A DNA stretch of 64,000 bases from an uncultured bacterium (GCA_903921365.1 CAIXPS010000315.1:19629-83628); one strand, 5' to 3'; shown: positions 8,799 to 19,971, counted from the stretch's first letter. The notes: generated by a model from the letters alone, not told the origin. A program made the numbers and translations.

Positions 8799-9365
8799 TT
8801 ACATCTCCAGTATTTCCTTTTCCTTGCGCCCGCCCAGTTCATCAGCTTTGGCAGAGAACCGATGAATCGTGTTCTCAAGTTCCTGCTTGGCCTTTTTATG
8901 CTCGTCTTCGCTGATTAACTTCTTGTCTTCCAGTTTCTTGTACTTCTCAAGGGCTTCGTGACGCTTGCCGCGCAGTTCAACCTTGGCCTCTTCCACGCGC
9001 TTGCTAATCGTCTTGGCAAGTTCCTTGCGCCGATCCTGCGTCATGGGCGGAATCTTTAGAAAGACGGCTTTGCCATCATTATGTGTTGTTAACTTCAGGT
9101 CAGAAAGTTGAATTGCCTTTTCGATGATCTTCAAGCTGCTGGGATCAAATGGCCGAATCATGATCAGCTGTGCTTCAGGCACGGTGATCGTCGCCAACTG
9201 CTGAAGAGGTATGTCCGTGCCATGGTAATCAACCATTACCTTTTCGACCAGGTGGGGCGAGGCTCTGCCAGTGCGATAACCCTGAAAGTCCTGCTCCATC
9301 GCTTCGATGGTTTTTTGCATTGCCTTGTCTGTTTCACTTGAGATACGTTTGATATCATCAGCCAT
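8799..9365 (-). CDS. frr: ribosome recycling factor
   Basis: 188 aa from MADDIKR. Contains YRTGRASPHLVEKV, IRPFD and the KELAKTISKRVEEAKVELR pattern; synteny with pyrH. Confidence 0.92.
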   Translation of the reverse strand: MADDIKRISSETDKAMQKTIEAMEQDFQGYRTGRASPHLVEKVMVDYHGTDIPLQQLATITVPEAQLIMIRPFDPSSLKIIEKAIQLSDLKLTTHNDGKAVFLKIPPMTQDRRKELAKTISKRVEEAKVELRGKRHEALEKYKKLEDKKLISEDEHKKAKQELENTIHRFSAKADELGGRKEKEILEM

Positions 9366-9553
9366 GGGTTTGTCCTCCAAATCGTAGGTGCTGAATTCTG
9401 CCTGCGTCCGCAGGAATCCTGTCAAATACTATCATACAGGGGGTGACAGCTTTTGCCACCCGGAAAAATGCCGATTTTGCCGCCCTTTTGCCATCCCGGC
9501 GCCTGTTGACAGCGAGAGGCGCCGGAAGTAACAGTAACTTCGGAATACCTGAG

Positions 9554-10338
<785 letters not shown>

Positions 10339-10351
10339 AAAAGCGTTATGA

Positions 10352-10945
10352 CTATTGCCCGCCGATCTCGAATCGGACAAATCTACGCACAACAACATTC
10401 TCGCCTATCTTGGCGACTGCGTTTTTGATCAAGTCGGCGACTTTAACCTTGTCGTCCTTGACAAACTGTTGTTCAAGCAGGCATACATCCTGGTAGTACT
10501 TTTCCATCTTACCAAGCGCGATGCGCTCCGCGATCTCAGGCTTCTTGCCTTCGCTTATCGCTTCCTGTTTGAACTGTTCCTTCTTGGCGTCGATCAAAGC
10601 CGCCGGAATGTCCTCTTTCTTAACATATTCTGGCCCGGTAGAAGCGACCTGTAACGCCATGTCATGCGCGAGCGTCTTGAATTCCGCTGTTCGCGCGACA
10701 AAGTCTGTTTCGCAGTTCACTTCCACGAGAACAGCCATGCGTCCGCCAAGGTGCGTGTAGGCTTCGATGATGCCATCGTGCGCATCGCGGGATGCCTTCT
10801 TGGCCGCAGCGGCCAGTCCCTTCTCACGCAGCCAGCTTGCTGCTTTCTCAAGGTCGCCGTTATGCAAGTCCAGCGCCTTTTTGCAGTCCAGCATACCTGC
10901 GGCGGTTTGTTCGCGCAGAAGCTTAATCTGCTCAGTGGTTGCCAT
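10352..10945 (-). CDS. tsf: elongation factor Ts (short form)
   Basis: IKLLREQTAAGMLDCKKAL UBA-like N-terminus and VEVNCETDFVART motif; immediately follows rpsB. Confidence 0.93.
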   Translation of the reverse strand: MATTEQIKLLREQTAAGMLDCKKALDLHNGDLEKAASWLREKGLAAAAKKASRDAHDGIIEAYTHLGGRMAVLVEVNCETDFVARTAEFKTLAHDMALQVASTGPEYVKKEDIPAALIDAKKEQFKQEAISEGKKPEIAERIALGKMEKYYQDVCLLEQQFVKDDKVKVADLIKNAVAKIGENVVVRRFVRFEIGGQ

Positions 10946-10947
10946 GT

Positions 10948-11814
10948 TTACGCTCCCTCCGCATCATCCGTGCCGGGGTCAAACGAGCGCAGTTCGGCAT
11001 CGTCGTCAAGCTTGAGTTCACCCGTCCGGATCTTTGCCAGTGTTTCCTCACCTAGCTGCTGACGGTTTGATTCTGGCTCGCTTATACCTGCACCGGCGCC
11101 TTCAGGCGCGCCATCGACACCCTTGCGCAACGCCAGACCCTCGAGTGCGGCGTTTGACATCGCTTCGACGATCAGTTTGATTGCCCGAATGGCGTCATCG
11201 TTGGCGGGAATGACATAATCCACGCCATCCGGATCGCAGTTGGTATCGACCATTGCAATGACCGGAATATTCAGCTTGTTGGCTTCCTTGATTGCGTTGG
11301 CCTCGCGGCAAACATCCACGATGAAAAGCGCATCCGGCAAGCGGCGCAGTATCTTGATGCCGCCCATGCGGCGATTCAGTTTATCGATCTCGCGTGTGCG
11401 CAACAGCGCTTCCTTTTTGGTGAAACGCTCAAACTCGCCGCGTTCCTTCATCCCTTCGAGTTCCATCAGGCGATCGAGACGGGACTTAATGGTGCGCCAG
11501 TTTGTTAACGTGCCGCCGAGGAAGCGCTCAGTGATGAACGGCTGGCCGGAGCGGGCGCCTTGCATGGCAATGGGTTCCTGCGCCTGGCGCTTGGTCCCGA
11601 TAAACAACACGGTGCCGCCCTTGGTGATAATCTCTCGGATCAAGTTTGCGGCGGTGTCGATTGCGGTAATGGTCTGCTGTAGATCGATGATGTGGACGCC
11701 ATTGCGCTCTGTGAAGATGTACGGCTTCATCTTGGGGTTCCACCGCTTTGTGCGATGGCCGAAGTGAACACCCGTCTCCAGTAGAGCCTTCATTGGTACT
11801 GCCGGCATAGTCAA
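10948..11814 (-). CDS. rpsB: 30S ribosomal protein S2 with acidic C-terminal extension
   Basis: [39 protein letters not shown] motifs. Confidence 0.95.
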   Translation of the reverse strand: MTMPAVPMKALLETGVHFGHRTKRWNPKMKPYIFTERNGVHIIDLQQTITAIDTAANLIREIITKGGTVLFIGTKRQAQEPIAMQGARSGQPFITERFLGGTLTNWRTIKSRLDRLMELEGMKERGEFERFTKKEALLRTREIDKLNRRMGGIKILRRLPDALFIVDVCREANAIKEANKLNIPVIAMVDTNCDPDGVDYVIPANDDAIRAIKLIVEAMSNAALEGLALRKGVDGAPEGAGAGISEPESNRQQLGEETLAKIRTGELKLDDDAELRSFDPGTDDAEGA

Positions 11815-12129
11815 ATACTCCTTATAAAACCTCTGTGTTTATCGTCTGGCGCGCGGATTGCGGACAGGTGTGATTTTACCCGCAACAGGTCTGCGCTCCA
11901 TCAAAACACATGCGAATTTAATCGGCCTTCAGGCCGCTGAAGATTTTATCATATTACCTGCTGACGGGCCGGTTTGCGTGATGCGGCGATACGACGGCGT
12001 AAGTCTCAGCCTATCCTTATTGTCCAATGGTATCAATAGAACGCCACGCTGGCGGCGTCTGGTTGATCGTAGAACGAATGAACCGGAATTGCATGCGTGA
12101 TAATACGAGCATAGTCAATCAGAGGGCAA

Positions 12130-13068
12130 ATGGAGCATATGTACAAAAAGGTTTCCGATATCACTGATGCGCTGGCCGGGCAGCAGTACATCGCCACAGA
12201 TGAGATATCGACGGCTATATTTCTCGGGGAGAAGATGGGCAAGCCCATTCTGGCCGAAGGCCCCGCGGGGGTCGGCAAGACTGAACTGGCTAAAGCGTGG
12301 GCTGGCGCCACGGGGCGTGAGTTGATCCGTCTGCAATGTTATGAGGGTCTTGACGAGTCCAAAGCGCTTTATGAGTGGGAATACTCCAAGCAAATGCTGT
12401 ATACCCAGTTGCTGCGCGACAAAATCAGCCAGTTAATGTCAGCAGCCGGCACGCTGACCGAGGCCGCGGACAAACTGGCCTCTGAGGAGAACGTCTTCTT
12501 CTCAATGCGTTTCCTGTTGCCGCGCCCTCTGCTGCGCGCCCTGATGAGCGAGAAGCCTGTCGTCCTATTGATCGACGAAATTGATCGCGCCGATGCGGAG
12601 TTTGAGGCCTTTCTGCTCGAAATCCTCAGCGATTTTCAAGTCAGCGTGCCTGAACTTGGAACGATTAAGGCTAAGTCTCAGCCGCTGGTGGTGCTGACCA
12701 GTAACAACACGCGCGAATTGAGCGAGGCGCTCAAGCGACGCGCGCTGTATTTGTACATCGATTACCCGACGCAGGAATCCGAGTTGAACATCGTCCGGTT
12801 GCGCGTTCCGGAACTCGCCCCGGCGGTGGCCAGGCAAGTCGTTGAGGTCGTGCAGCGGTTGCGGGGGCTGGATTTGAAAAAGTCTCCCAGCGTTGCCGAG
12901 ACGGTCGATTGGGCGAAGGCGCTGGTTGCAATCAACGCAAAGCACCTGGACGAGAAAACACTCAACGACACGCTAACGGTGATCCTCAAGCATGAGAGTG
13001 ATATTCAACGCGCGCGCCGCGCCTTGAGCAGCGGCAAGAACGCGCGTGATGTCGGGCAGCGCTCGTGA
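12130..13068 (+). CDS. MoxR/CoxD-like AAA+ ATPase
   Basis: Walker A GPAGVGKTELAKA and Walker B VVLLIDEIDRAD; followed by a CoxE-type VWA gene. Confidence 0.85.
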   Translation: MEHMYKKVSDITDALAGQQYIATDEISTAIFLGEKMGKPILAEGPAGVGKTELAKAWAGATGRELIRLQCYEGLDESKALYEWEYSKQMLYTQLLRDKISQLMSAAGTLTEAADKLASEENVFFSMRFLLPRPLLRALMSEKPVVLLIDEIDRADAEFEAFLLEILSDFQVSVPELGTIKAKSQPLVVLTSNNTRELSEALKRRALYLYIDYPTQESELNIVRLRVPELAPAVARQVVEVVQRLRGLDLKKSPSVAETVDWAKALVAINAKHLDEKTLNDTLTVILKHESDIQRARRALSSGKNARDVGQRS

Positions 13069-13110
13069 ACGGCGCATTGATCAGGGTGTTGGGTTTGTGG
13101 AGTTGGCACG

Positions 13111-14505
13111 ATGGATACTCGTATCGTTGAATTTGTAAGCGCGCTGCGGTCGCGCGGTGTGCGCGTCTCACTGGCTGAATCTGCGGATTCATTGCGCGCG
13201 ATCGAAGCAGTTGGCGTGCTGGATCGGCAATTGTTCAAGCATGCGCTCAAGGCAACCCTGATCAAAGAACCGGCGGATGTGCCAACGTTTGAGCAACTGT
13301 TCCCAATGTTCTTCAGCGGCGAGGGCGCGCCATTGCAGACGCCGCAAGGTCTGAGCGAGGAGCAGAAGGAACAACTGCAGAACGCCCTGGACGCGTTGAA
13401 ACAGGCGTTGCAGGAACTGATGAAGATGCTGGCGAATGGCGAGCAACCCTCGAAAGAGCAGCTTGACCAGTACGCCAGGCAGGCCGGCGTCAGCTCGCAA
13501 ATGCGCAGCTACCGCATGAACCCGCAGACGCAACGCTGGCTGACTGAGCGAATGCTGCGCGAGATGGGGTTGACTCCAGAGCAGATCAAAGACGCCATCG
13601 AGGCGTTGATGAAACAGCTCAAGATGCAGGGCATGGACGGCCAGGGGCGCCAGGAAGTGCGTGAAACCATTGAGCAAAATGCGGAAGGCATGCGCGAGCA
13701 GGCGTCCAGATATATCGGCCAGAGCATGCTGCAGCAACCGGATGACAACCCGCATGGGCGCCGGATCGACGATCTGATGAATCGACCGTTGTCGTCGTTG
13801 ACCGACGCGGAAACAGATGAACTACGCAATCACGTGCGGCGGCTTGTAGCGCGTCTGCGTTCGCGCGCGGCGTTGCGCATGCGCCACGCCAAGCAGGGTG
13901 ATTTTGATGTCAAGGCCACCATCCGCTTCAACCAGCGTTATGGGGGCGTGCCGATTGAACTCAAACACAAGCGCCATCACCTCAAGCCCAAACTGACCGT
14001 GATTGTCGACATCTCGACATCGATGCGCCCCATCGCTGAATTCATGCTGCGCATGGTGTATGAGATGCAGGATCAGGTGAGCAAGGCGCGCTCATTCGCG
14101 TTTATCGACGACATCCACGATATCAGCATTACGTTTGTGGAGCATCGTCCTGAGGAAGCTGTGCCCATCGTGCTGCACGAGTTACCGCCCGGCCATTACA
14201 ACACTGACCTTGGCGCCAGCCTGAAGACATTTGTGCAGGACTATCTCGATACGGTGGATCGGCGCACGACAGTGATCTTTGTCGGTGACGGGCGCAACAA
14301 TTATAATGACCCGCGTCTTGATCTGGTCTCCACAGTAAAAGGGCGCGCTCGCCGGATCGTCTGGATGACCCCGGAGCCATCCTACATGTGGGGACAGGGC
14401 GATAGTGATATGGTTGCCTATGCTCCTTTGTGCGATGCGGTGCATCAGGTTGCCACATTACAACAACTGGCGGACGCGATCGACGACTTATTTCAAAGGC
14501 GCTGA
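13111..14505 (+). CDS. CoxE-like VWA-domain protein
   Basis: N-terminus IVEFVSALRSRGVRVSLAES, Q/E-rich coiled middle, C-terminal VWA with MIDAS VIVDISTSM and VIFVGDGRNNY. Confidence 0.8.
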   Translation: MDTRIVEFVSALRSRGVRVSLAESADSLRAIEAVGVLDRQLFKHALKATLIKEPADVPTFEQLFPMFFSGEGAPLQTPQGLSEEQKEQLQNALDALKQALQELMKMLANGEQPSKEQLDQYARQAGVSSQMRSYRMNPQTQRWLTERMLREMGLTPEQIKDAIEALMKQLKMQGMDGQGRQEVRETIEQNAEGMREQASRYIGQSMLQQPDDNPHGRRIDDLMNRPLSSLTDAETDELRNHVRRLVARLRSRAALRMRHAKQGDFDVKATIRFNQRYGGVPIELKHKRHHLKPKLTVIVDISTSMRPIAEFMLRMVYEMQDQVSKARSFAFIDDIHDISITFVEHRPEEAVPIVLHELPPGHYNTDLGASLKTFVQDYLDTVDRRTTVIFVGDGRNNYNDPRLDLVSTVKGRARRIVWMTPEPSYMWGQGDSDMVAYAPLCDAVHQVATLQQLADAIDDLFQRR

Positions 14506-14569
14506 CATCGGCCCGGATGCGCGGGCACAGGGCCGGACACGCAAAACTAAACAGGATAAAACGGAATAC

Positions 14570-15097
14570 ATGGCAGGAAGTCGCGCTGCATTGCGCGTTG
14601 GTCTTATTGGCGGCCTGGTGCTCAGCATAGCGGTTGCTGCTCAGCAAGTCACGGATTCACCGGACTTGCAGTGCTTCGGTTATCTCATCACGATCTTCGG
14701 TCTTGGCATTGTGGGATACATGGCGGCGCGTGATGTGGGCGACTTCGACCGCCTGCCATCGTTGCGCGCCGGCGCCATTGGCGGACTGATTGCCGGGCTG
14801 CTGGCGTCGATGGCGGTTGTTGCGGTGTTGCTGGTTCTCTCGGTCTCAGGCGACAACCTGCAACGCCTTGTGGCTGCTCTTCGCGAGATGCCGCCTTCGG
14901 TGCTCGAACAATACGCATCGATGGGGGTATCACTGGATGAGATCGCGCAGTTGGCTATCATGATCCAGCTTTTGTGCTGCCCCGCTGGACTGCCAATTTT
15001 GGGGCTGGCGCTTGGCACAGTTGGTGGGGCGCTGGCGTCGGCCGCCAATCGCAATCGGGGTGCGGATTCAGATAAACCCGCAGATAAACGCGGTTAG
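14570..15097 (+). CDS. hypothetical multi-pass membrane protein
   Basis: 175 aa from the ATG at 14570; four predicted hydrophobic helices; no recognisable family. Confidence 0.5.
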   Translation: MAGSRAALRVGLIGGLVLSIAVAAQQVTDSPDLQCFGYLITIFGLGIVGYMAARDVGDFDRLPSLRAGAIGGLIAGLLASMAVVAVLLVLSVSGDNLQRLVAALREMPPSVLEQYASMGVSLDEIAQLAIMIQLLCCPAGLPILGLALGTVGGALASAANRNRGADSDKPADKRG

Positions 15098-15100
15098 TCA

Positions 15101-15619
15101 ATGAAAAAACGTCGTTCACCATCAGAGCTACAGGCGCTTGCCGCCTCGCGTCGCCGCTCACTATTGTTTGTAGGTGTTGGGATTGTCAGCGCAGTGGTTG
15201 TCAGCGTGTTGTCCAGCGAGTTCCTGGCGATTCAGTGCGTAGTGCTTGCGGCAATCACACTTGGCGGCGCGATATCGTGCGCTTGGGCAGCCGTGTCGAT
15301 TGATCCTGCCGCTGCGCCGCGCGCGGGGATGCAAGCAGGCATGGTGATCGCCATGGCCTATGTGTTGCCGTTTGCCTTAATCGCGTTGGGCCGATTCCTG
15401 ACGCTCGATGATGCTACGGCGTCGCGACTGGCGGGCGAGATGAGCGCCGCTCAGGCAACCACTCTGGTTCAGCAGCATATCACTCCGGGGCTTGAGTATT
15501 TCCGCGGCCAGTATGTCAGCTACATCTTCGGCTATGTGCTGTTTGGGCTGCTATTCGGGTGGCTGCTTGGCGCGCTTGGCGGCGTTGTGGCGCGGCGCAC
15601 CGTTGGGATTGCAGCCTGA
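15101..15619 (+). CDS. hypothetical multi-pass membrane protein
   Basis: 172 aa; starts 3 nt after the previous stop; topology similar to the upstream gene. Confidence 0.5.
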   Translation: MKKRRSPSELQALAASRRRSLLFVGVGIVSAVVVSVLSSEFLAIQCVVLAAITLGGAISCAWAAVSIDPAAAPRAGMQAGMVIAMAYVLPFALIALGRFLTLDDATASRLAGEMSAAQATTLVQQHITPGLEYFRGQYVSYIFGYVLFGLLFGWLLGALGGVVARRTVGIAA

Positions 15620-15626
15620 TCAGGTC

Positions 15627-16436
15627 TCAGACCCGCTTCGCGGAACTGTCTGCAACGCTATTGACGGCCCAACCGCTGATGAAACCCAGATAAGCAGGGA
15701 TTAACGGCAGCACGCACGGTGACGCGAATGAGAGGAACCCTGCCACAGCGGCGATGATGATGCTTGGCGCCGCGCCAGTGCCTTGTCCGAGTAACTCCTC
15801 GGGGCTGAAGGTTGACCGCGACAAAACTGAACTGAGCACGACCAGTTGCCCGGTGACCTGAATGATCCCGATGCCGATCAGCAATACCCCGCTGATGATT
15901 TCGATAACGCGCATATTGCGCTTCAAGCGCGCCAGCGCAGGCGTGATCCGTTCGGCCAGCAATGCGACCAGCAGGAATGGCACGCCGAGACCAAGCGTAT
16001 AGGCGGTCAACAACGCCAGTCGTTGCAGGATGGTGTCGGCTGTGACGCTCATCGACAGGATGGCGCCAAGAAATGGGCCGATGCACGGCGTCCACCCAGC
16101 GGCAAAGGACAACCCTGTCAGGTATGACTGGAGTCCGCTGACGCCCTTGGATGTCCGGCTCAAACCTCGACGGGTATCGCTGTAGAGCAGAGGGATGTTG
16201 ATGATGCGCAATGTAAACAGGCCAAAAAGAATCAGGGCCAGACCGCCGACGACGCGCACAACGTCGCGGGCCGCGTAGATGTAATCACCCAGCAATGTGC
16301 CAATAAAGCCAAAGATGCCGATGATAAACGTGGCAAACCCGGCAACAAAGAACAAGCCTTGCACAAATGTCGCCATGCGAATATGCGCCGATGCCGGCAT
16401 GCTTACCTGCGATGAGGTTGCAACTTGCTGTGCCAT
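15627..16436 (-). CDS. ccdA: cytochrome c biogenesis thiol-reductant transporter CcdA/DsbD-TM family
   Basis: Two conserved Cys motifs, FASPCVLPLIPAYLGF and AGWTPCIGPFLGA; 6-8 TM helices. Confidence 0.85.
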   Translation of the reverse strand: MAQQVATSSQVSMPASAHIRMATFVQGLFFVAGFATFIIGIFGFIGTLLGDYIYAARDVVRVVGGLALILFGLFTLRIINIPLLYSDTRRGLSRTSKGVSGLQSYLTGLSFAAGWTPCIGPFLGAILSMSVTADTILQRLALLTAYTLGLGVPFLLVALLAERITPALARLKRNMRVIEIISGVLLIGIGIIQVTGQLVVLSSVLSRSTFSPEELLGQGTGAAPSIIIAAVAGFLSFASPCVLPLIPAYLGFISGWAVNSVADSSAKRV

Positions 16437-16448
16437 AGTGAGTATCCC

Positions 16449-16640
16449 TTATTGCTGATTCGCCTGTTTTGCGTTCTCAGCCTCTTCCTGCTTGATTTGT
16501 TCTGTTATCTGGTCGAGTAATGCCTCATCTCGGCGCAGATTGCGCCTGCGCAGGGCCAGAGATAGCAGATAGATGCCTAACCCGCCAAGAAAAACAATGT
16601 AGCCGGCGATCAGGTAGATGGAGTTTTTTTCAGAAAACAT
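16449..16640 (-). CDS. small single-TM protein, CcmD-like by position and architecture
   Basis: 63 aa; one TM helix then a charged tail (RRRNLRRDE...EEAENAKQ); starts 3 nt after the ccmC stop. Confidence 0.5.
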   Translation of the reverse strand: MFSEKNSIYLIAGYIVFLGGLGIYLLSLALRRRNLRRDEALLDQITEQIKQEEAENAKQANQQ

Positions 16641-16642
16641 AA

Positions 16643-17383
16643 TCAGTTGGTCAGTTCGATGCGACGGAAAGTCAGGTGATCCGCTTGTTCCTGCAATTCA
16701 ACCCGCGTGCGCAGCATGAACAAGTAGACCAACGTGAAGGTGATGAAACAGAAGAGCATGATGAGCCCGATATCGCCCGTAATGCCGAAACTGCCTTGTT
16801 GGGCGCCATTGACGCTGCCTCCAATGACAGCAGGATGCACGCTGTTCAACACGCGGCTGACAAGGAAGTTGAGCGGAATGGTTAACGCGCCGACGATACC
16901 GTAGACCGCGGCAAAGCGTCCGCGACGCCCCGGGTCGTCGATGCCAGATCGCAGCATCAGATAGGCAATGTACATGAGCAACTGCAATGCGCTCAGCGTC
17001 AGCTTGAAGTCCCACGTCCACCACGTATTCCACACCGGTCGCGCCCACAACATACCCGTCAGCAGCACCATCGTGATAAACACCACGCCGATTTCTGCTG
17101 AGGCCAGCGCAACGCGATCATATTTCTGGTCGCGTCGCCGCAGATACAGCCCGCCCGCTACTGCTGTGACGAACCAGGCGACGAATCCGATCAGTGCTGA
17201 GGAAAAGTGAAAGTAGAAGATGCGCTGGACGTTTCCGCCCGCTTCATCCTGCACGCGCGGCGCCACCAGAAACACAAGCAACAACGCGACGGCAAACATT
17301 GCCCCAGCGGCAATGCCAATCCCGCGTGTTGTTTGCGAGGCGGCGGGGGAGGGTGTAACTGTGCGTCCGAGGGTTTTTTCCAT
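16643..17383 (-). CDS. ccmC: haem exporter/handling protein CcmC
   Basis: Trp-rich WWD motif WARPVWNTWWTWDFKLT (compare E. coli WGTWWVWDARLT); 6 TM helices; conserved His residues. Confidence 0.85.
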   Translation of the reverse strand: MEKTLGRTVTPSPAASQTTRGIGIAAGAMFAVALLLVFLVAPRVQDEAGGNVQRIFYFHFSSALIGFVAWFVTAVAGGLYLRRRDQKYDRVALASAEIGVVFITMVLLTGMLWARPVWNTWWTWDFKLTLSALQLLMYIAYLMLRSGIDDPGRRGRFAAVYGIVGALTIPLNFLVSRVLNSVHPAVIGGSVNGAQQGSFGITGDIGLIMLFCFITFTLVYLFMLRTRVELQEQADHLTFRRIELTN

Positions 17384-17426
17384 ATAGATTTATCCTATCA
17401 CGAAGCGTCGATTATACTCTTCGATC

Positions 17427-18992
17427 ATGGCAAGCACACCTATAGTCGACCTCAGGCCCCGCAGCGTGGGCGAACTACTCGACCTGACGTTTCTGTTGTA
17501 CCGGCGCAATTTCCTGCGGTTGATCGGCATCACGCTGGTTGTTCTCGGCCCGGTGCTGGCGCTCAACCTGCTAAGCAGCACAGGCTCGCTGTTGCAGTAT
17601 ATGACAACGCTTTCGAACATCGCGGCAGGGTCGCGCGGCGGCACGGGCGCCGGCATGACAGCGCTCCTCTCAACGGCCATTGCTGGATGTGCTGGCGGCT
17701 TGACCTTGCTAATCGGTATCTTTATGCCGTGGATGGAAGGGGCGTTAACCTACAACATCATTGAGCATGTGCTGGGGCGCAAGCCCGACTGGCGCGAGTC
17801 TTACCGCGCGGCGCGCCCGCGTTGGGGATCGTTGTGGGTCGCCAATGCCATCCGTTCAATCGCGCTCTGGGCTGCGCTGATCCCATTTGTTCTGGGGCTC
17901 TATGGGGTGTTGATCGGCGCCGTTGTCGCGTTTGGCGCGGCCGGCGCTTTTGGAGGAGGTCTTTTCTCAACGAACAGCAATGATGGCAACTTGCTCTTCA
18001 TCGGGTTGATTGGGATCTGCCTGCCTGTAGCACTGTTGGGCGGAGGGGTGGCGATATTTATAGAAGCAAGCTGGAGTATGGTGATACCAGTCGTTGTTGG
18101 TGAAGGTGTGGACGGCGCGGGGTCGCTCGGTCGCAGCAACGCGCTGGTGAAAGGTCATCGTATGCGCATGATTGGGCGGTTGTTGCTGTTCGAAGCGATG
18201 CGCTTTTTTGTGCTGACGCTTCCAGTCCTTGCCATTGAAGCATTCTTTATTGGCGGGTCGATAGCCGCCACGACAACGGGCGCCCAATCGCCGCTCAGCG
18301 TCATCGCGATCATCGCTGCAAGCTTGTTAAGCGCGGTCGAGAACGTGCTGGTTGTCCCGTTTTACGTGGCGTACATTACCGTCAACTACCTCGACCTGCG
18401 TGTTCGCAAGGAAAACCTTGCGCTGCAGATACAGGCGGCCAACATAGCGCCTTTGGATTCTGCGGGCCTCGTCGATTCTGGCGCTCCTATCGTGACGGCT
18501 ACCAGTATTGCGCCGCCCCCGGAGATGCAGACAGTTGTGTCCAGCCCGATCCTGGATATGCCAAGCCTCGCCGTTATCAACCAACTGCCTGCTCCACAGG
18601 AGATTGCTCCTGCCCAACCCACGGCGCCGTCTGAGGGAGAAATGACCATTCCGGCGCAGACTTTTAGCGCAACACTTACGCCAGCACAACGGATCAGCGC
18701 CCTGTTCAAGCGGTTGCGCGCCGAGGGAGAGAATGCCGAAATTCTCAACCAACTCGGTTTGGCTTACCAGGAAGTGGGCGATTTATTTGGCTCACAGGAC
18801 TCATTCACGCGCGCCCGCGCGCTCGCGCCTGACAATCCTCAGTATGCTCTCAACATGGCGTTGTTGCAAAAGGATCGCCGGGACCTGCCGGCGGCGCGCC
18901 AGGCTATGTCCGATTATCTGCGGTTGGAGACGAACAGCGAAGAGCGCCAGAAAGTCATCGAAAATCCAGCGCTGAAGGAACTGCTGCCATAA
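17427..18992 (+). CDS. polytopic membrane protein with Pro-rich linker and C-terminal TPR repeats
   Basis: 521 aa. N-terminus VGELLDLTFLLYRRNFLRLIGI with multiple TM helices; C-terminal TPR-like LNQLGLAYQEVGD...ARALAPDNPQYALNMA. Confidence 0.55.
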   Translation: MASTPIVDLRPRSVGELLDLTFLLYRRNFLRLIGITLVVLGPVLALNLLSSTGSLLQYMTTLSNIAAGSRGGTGAGMTALLSTAIAGCAGGLTLLIGIFMPWMEGALTYNIIEHVLGRKPDWRESYRAARPRWGSLWVANAIRSIALWAALIPFVLGLYGVLIGAVVAFGAAGAFGGGLFSTNSNDGNLLFIGLIGICLPVALLGGGVAIFIEASWSMVIPVVVGEGVDGAGSLGRSNALVKGHRMRMIGRLLLFEAMRFFVLTLPVLAIEAFFIGGSIAATTTGAQSPLSVIAIIAASLLSAVENVLVVPFYVAYITVNYLDLRVRKENLALQIQAANIAPLDSAGLVDSGAPIVTATSIAPPPEMQTVVSSPILDMPSLAVINQLPAPQEIAPAQPTAPSEGEMTIPAQTFSATLTPAQRISALFKRLRAEGENAEILNQLGLAYQEVGDLFGSQDSFTRARALAPDNPQYALNMALLQKDRRDLPAARQAMSDYLRLETNSEERQKVIENPALKELLP

Positions 18993-19023
18993 CTAACCCA
19001 ATCTCTAATCTCGACTATTAAAG

Positions 19024-19971
19024 ATGAACCTACCTGATCTTTACCAAAGCATCAAAACTGAGGCGGCCAAGACCATCGTCGGACAAACGGATGTGTTCGA
19101 GCAGGTTGTCGTGGCGCTGTTCAGCGGCGGGCATGTCCTGCTCGAAGGCGTCCCTGGCACCGCCAAGACGCTGATCGCCAAGACGCTCGCCCGGTTGATC
19201 CGCGCGGAGTACAAACGCGTGCAGTTCACGCCCGATCTGATGCCGTCGGACATCGTCGGCACGAGCGTGTTTAACCTGCAGAATAGCGAATTTTCGTTGC
19301 GGCGCGGGCCGGTGTTTACTCAGATTCTCCTGGCGGACGAGATCAACCGCGCCCCCGCCAAGACGCAATCGGCATTGCTCGAAGCGATGGAGGAACACCA
19401 GGTGACGATCGAGGGCGTGACGAACAAACTGCCAGAGCCGTTCATGGTGCTGGCGACGCAGAACCCTGTGGAGTACGAGGGCACATACCCGTTGCCGGAA
19501 GCGCAACTCGACCGCTTCCTGATGAAAGTGCGCATCACCTATCCGCCCTTGCCGGCAGAGACCGAGATTCTGCGCCGTTACCACACCGGTTTCGACGCGC
19601 ACAAGCTGGATGACGCAGGATTATTGCCGGTGATGAGCCCGGCTGATATTGCCGAGGCGCAGGCTGCCATTCTGGCGGTCAAGGTGGAGACAGGTGTGCT
19701 CGATTACATCGCCCGCCTGCTGGATGCGACGCGCAAATCGCCCGATCTGTTGCTCGGCGGCAGCCCGCGCGCCGGGATTGCACTGCTATTGACATCGAAG
19801 ACCTATGCCGCTTTGCAGGGACGCGACTACGCGCGACCGGACGACATCAAGTTCCTGGCGCCGCCGGTGCTACGCCATCGCATCATTCTGCGCCCTGAGG
19901 CTGAAGTCGAAGGGCTGGACGCAGACAAGATTATCGCGCGCATACTCGCCAGGGTAGAAGTCCCGCGCTAA
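19024..19971 (+). CDS. MoxR-family AAA+ ATPase (AAA_3 type)
   Basis: [20 protein letters not shown] and [28 protein letters not shown] signature. Confidence 0.92.
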   Translation: MNLPDLYQSIKTEAAKTIVGQTDVFEQVVVALFSGGHVLLEGVPGTAKTLIAKTLARLIRAEYKRVQFTPDLMPSDIVGTSVFNLQNSEFSLRRGPVFTQILLADEINRAPAKTQSALLEAMEEHQVTIEGVTNKLPEPFMVLATQNPVEYEGTYPLPEAQLDRFLMKVRITYPPLPAETEILRRYHTGFDAHKLDDAGLLPVMSPADIAEAQAAILAVKVETGVLDYIARLLDATRKSPDLLLGGSPRAGIALLLTSKTYAALQGRDYARPDDIKFLAPPVLRHRIILRPEAEVEGLDADKIIARILARVEVPR

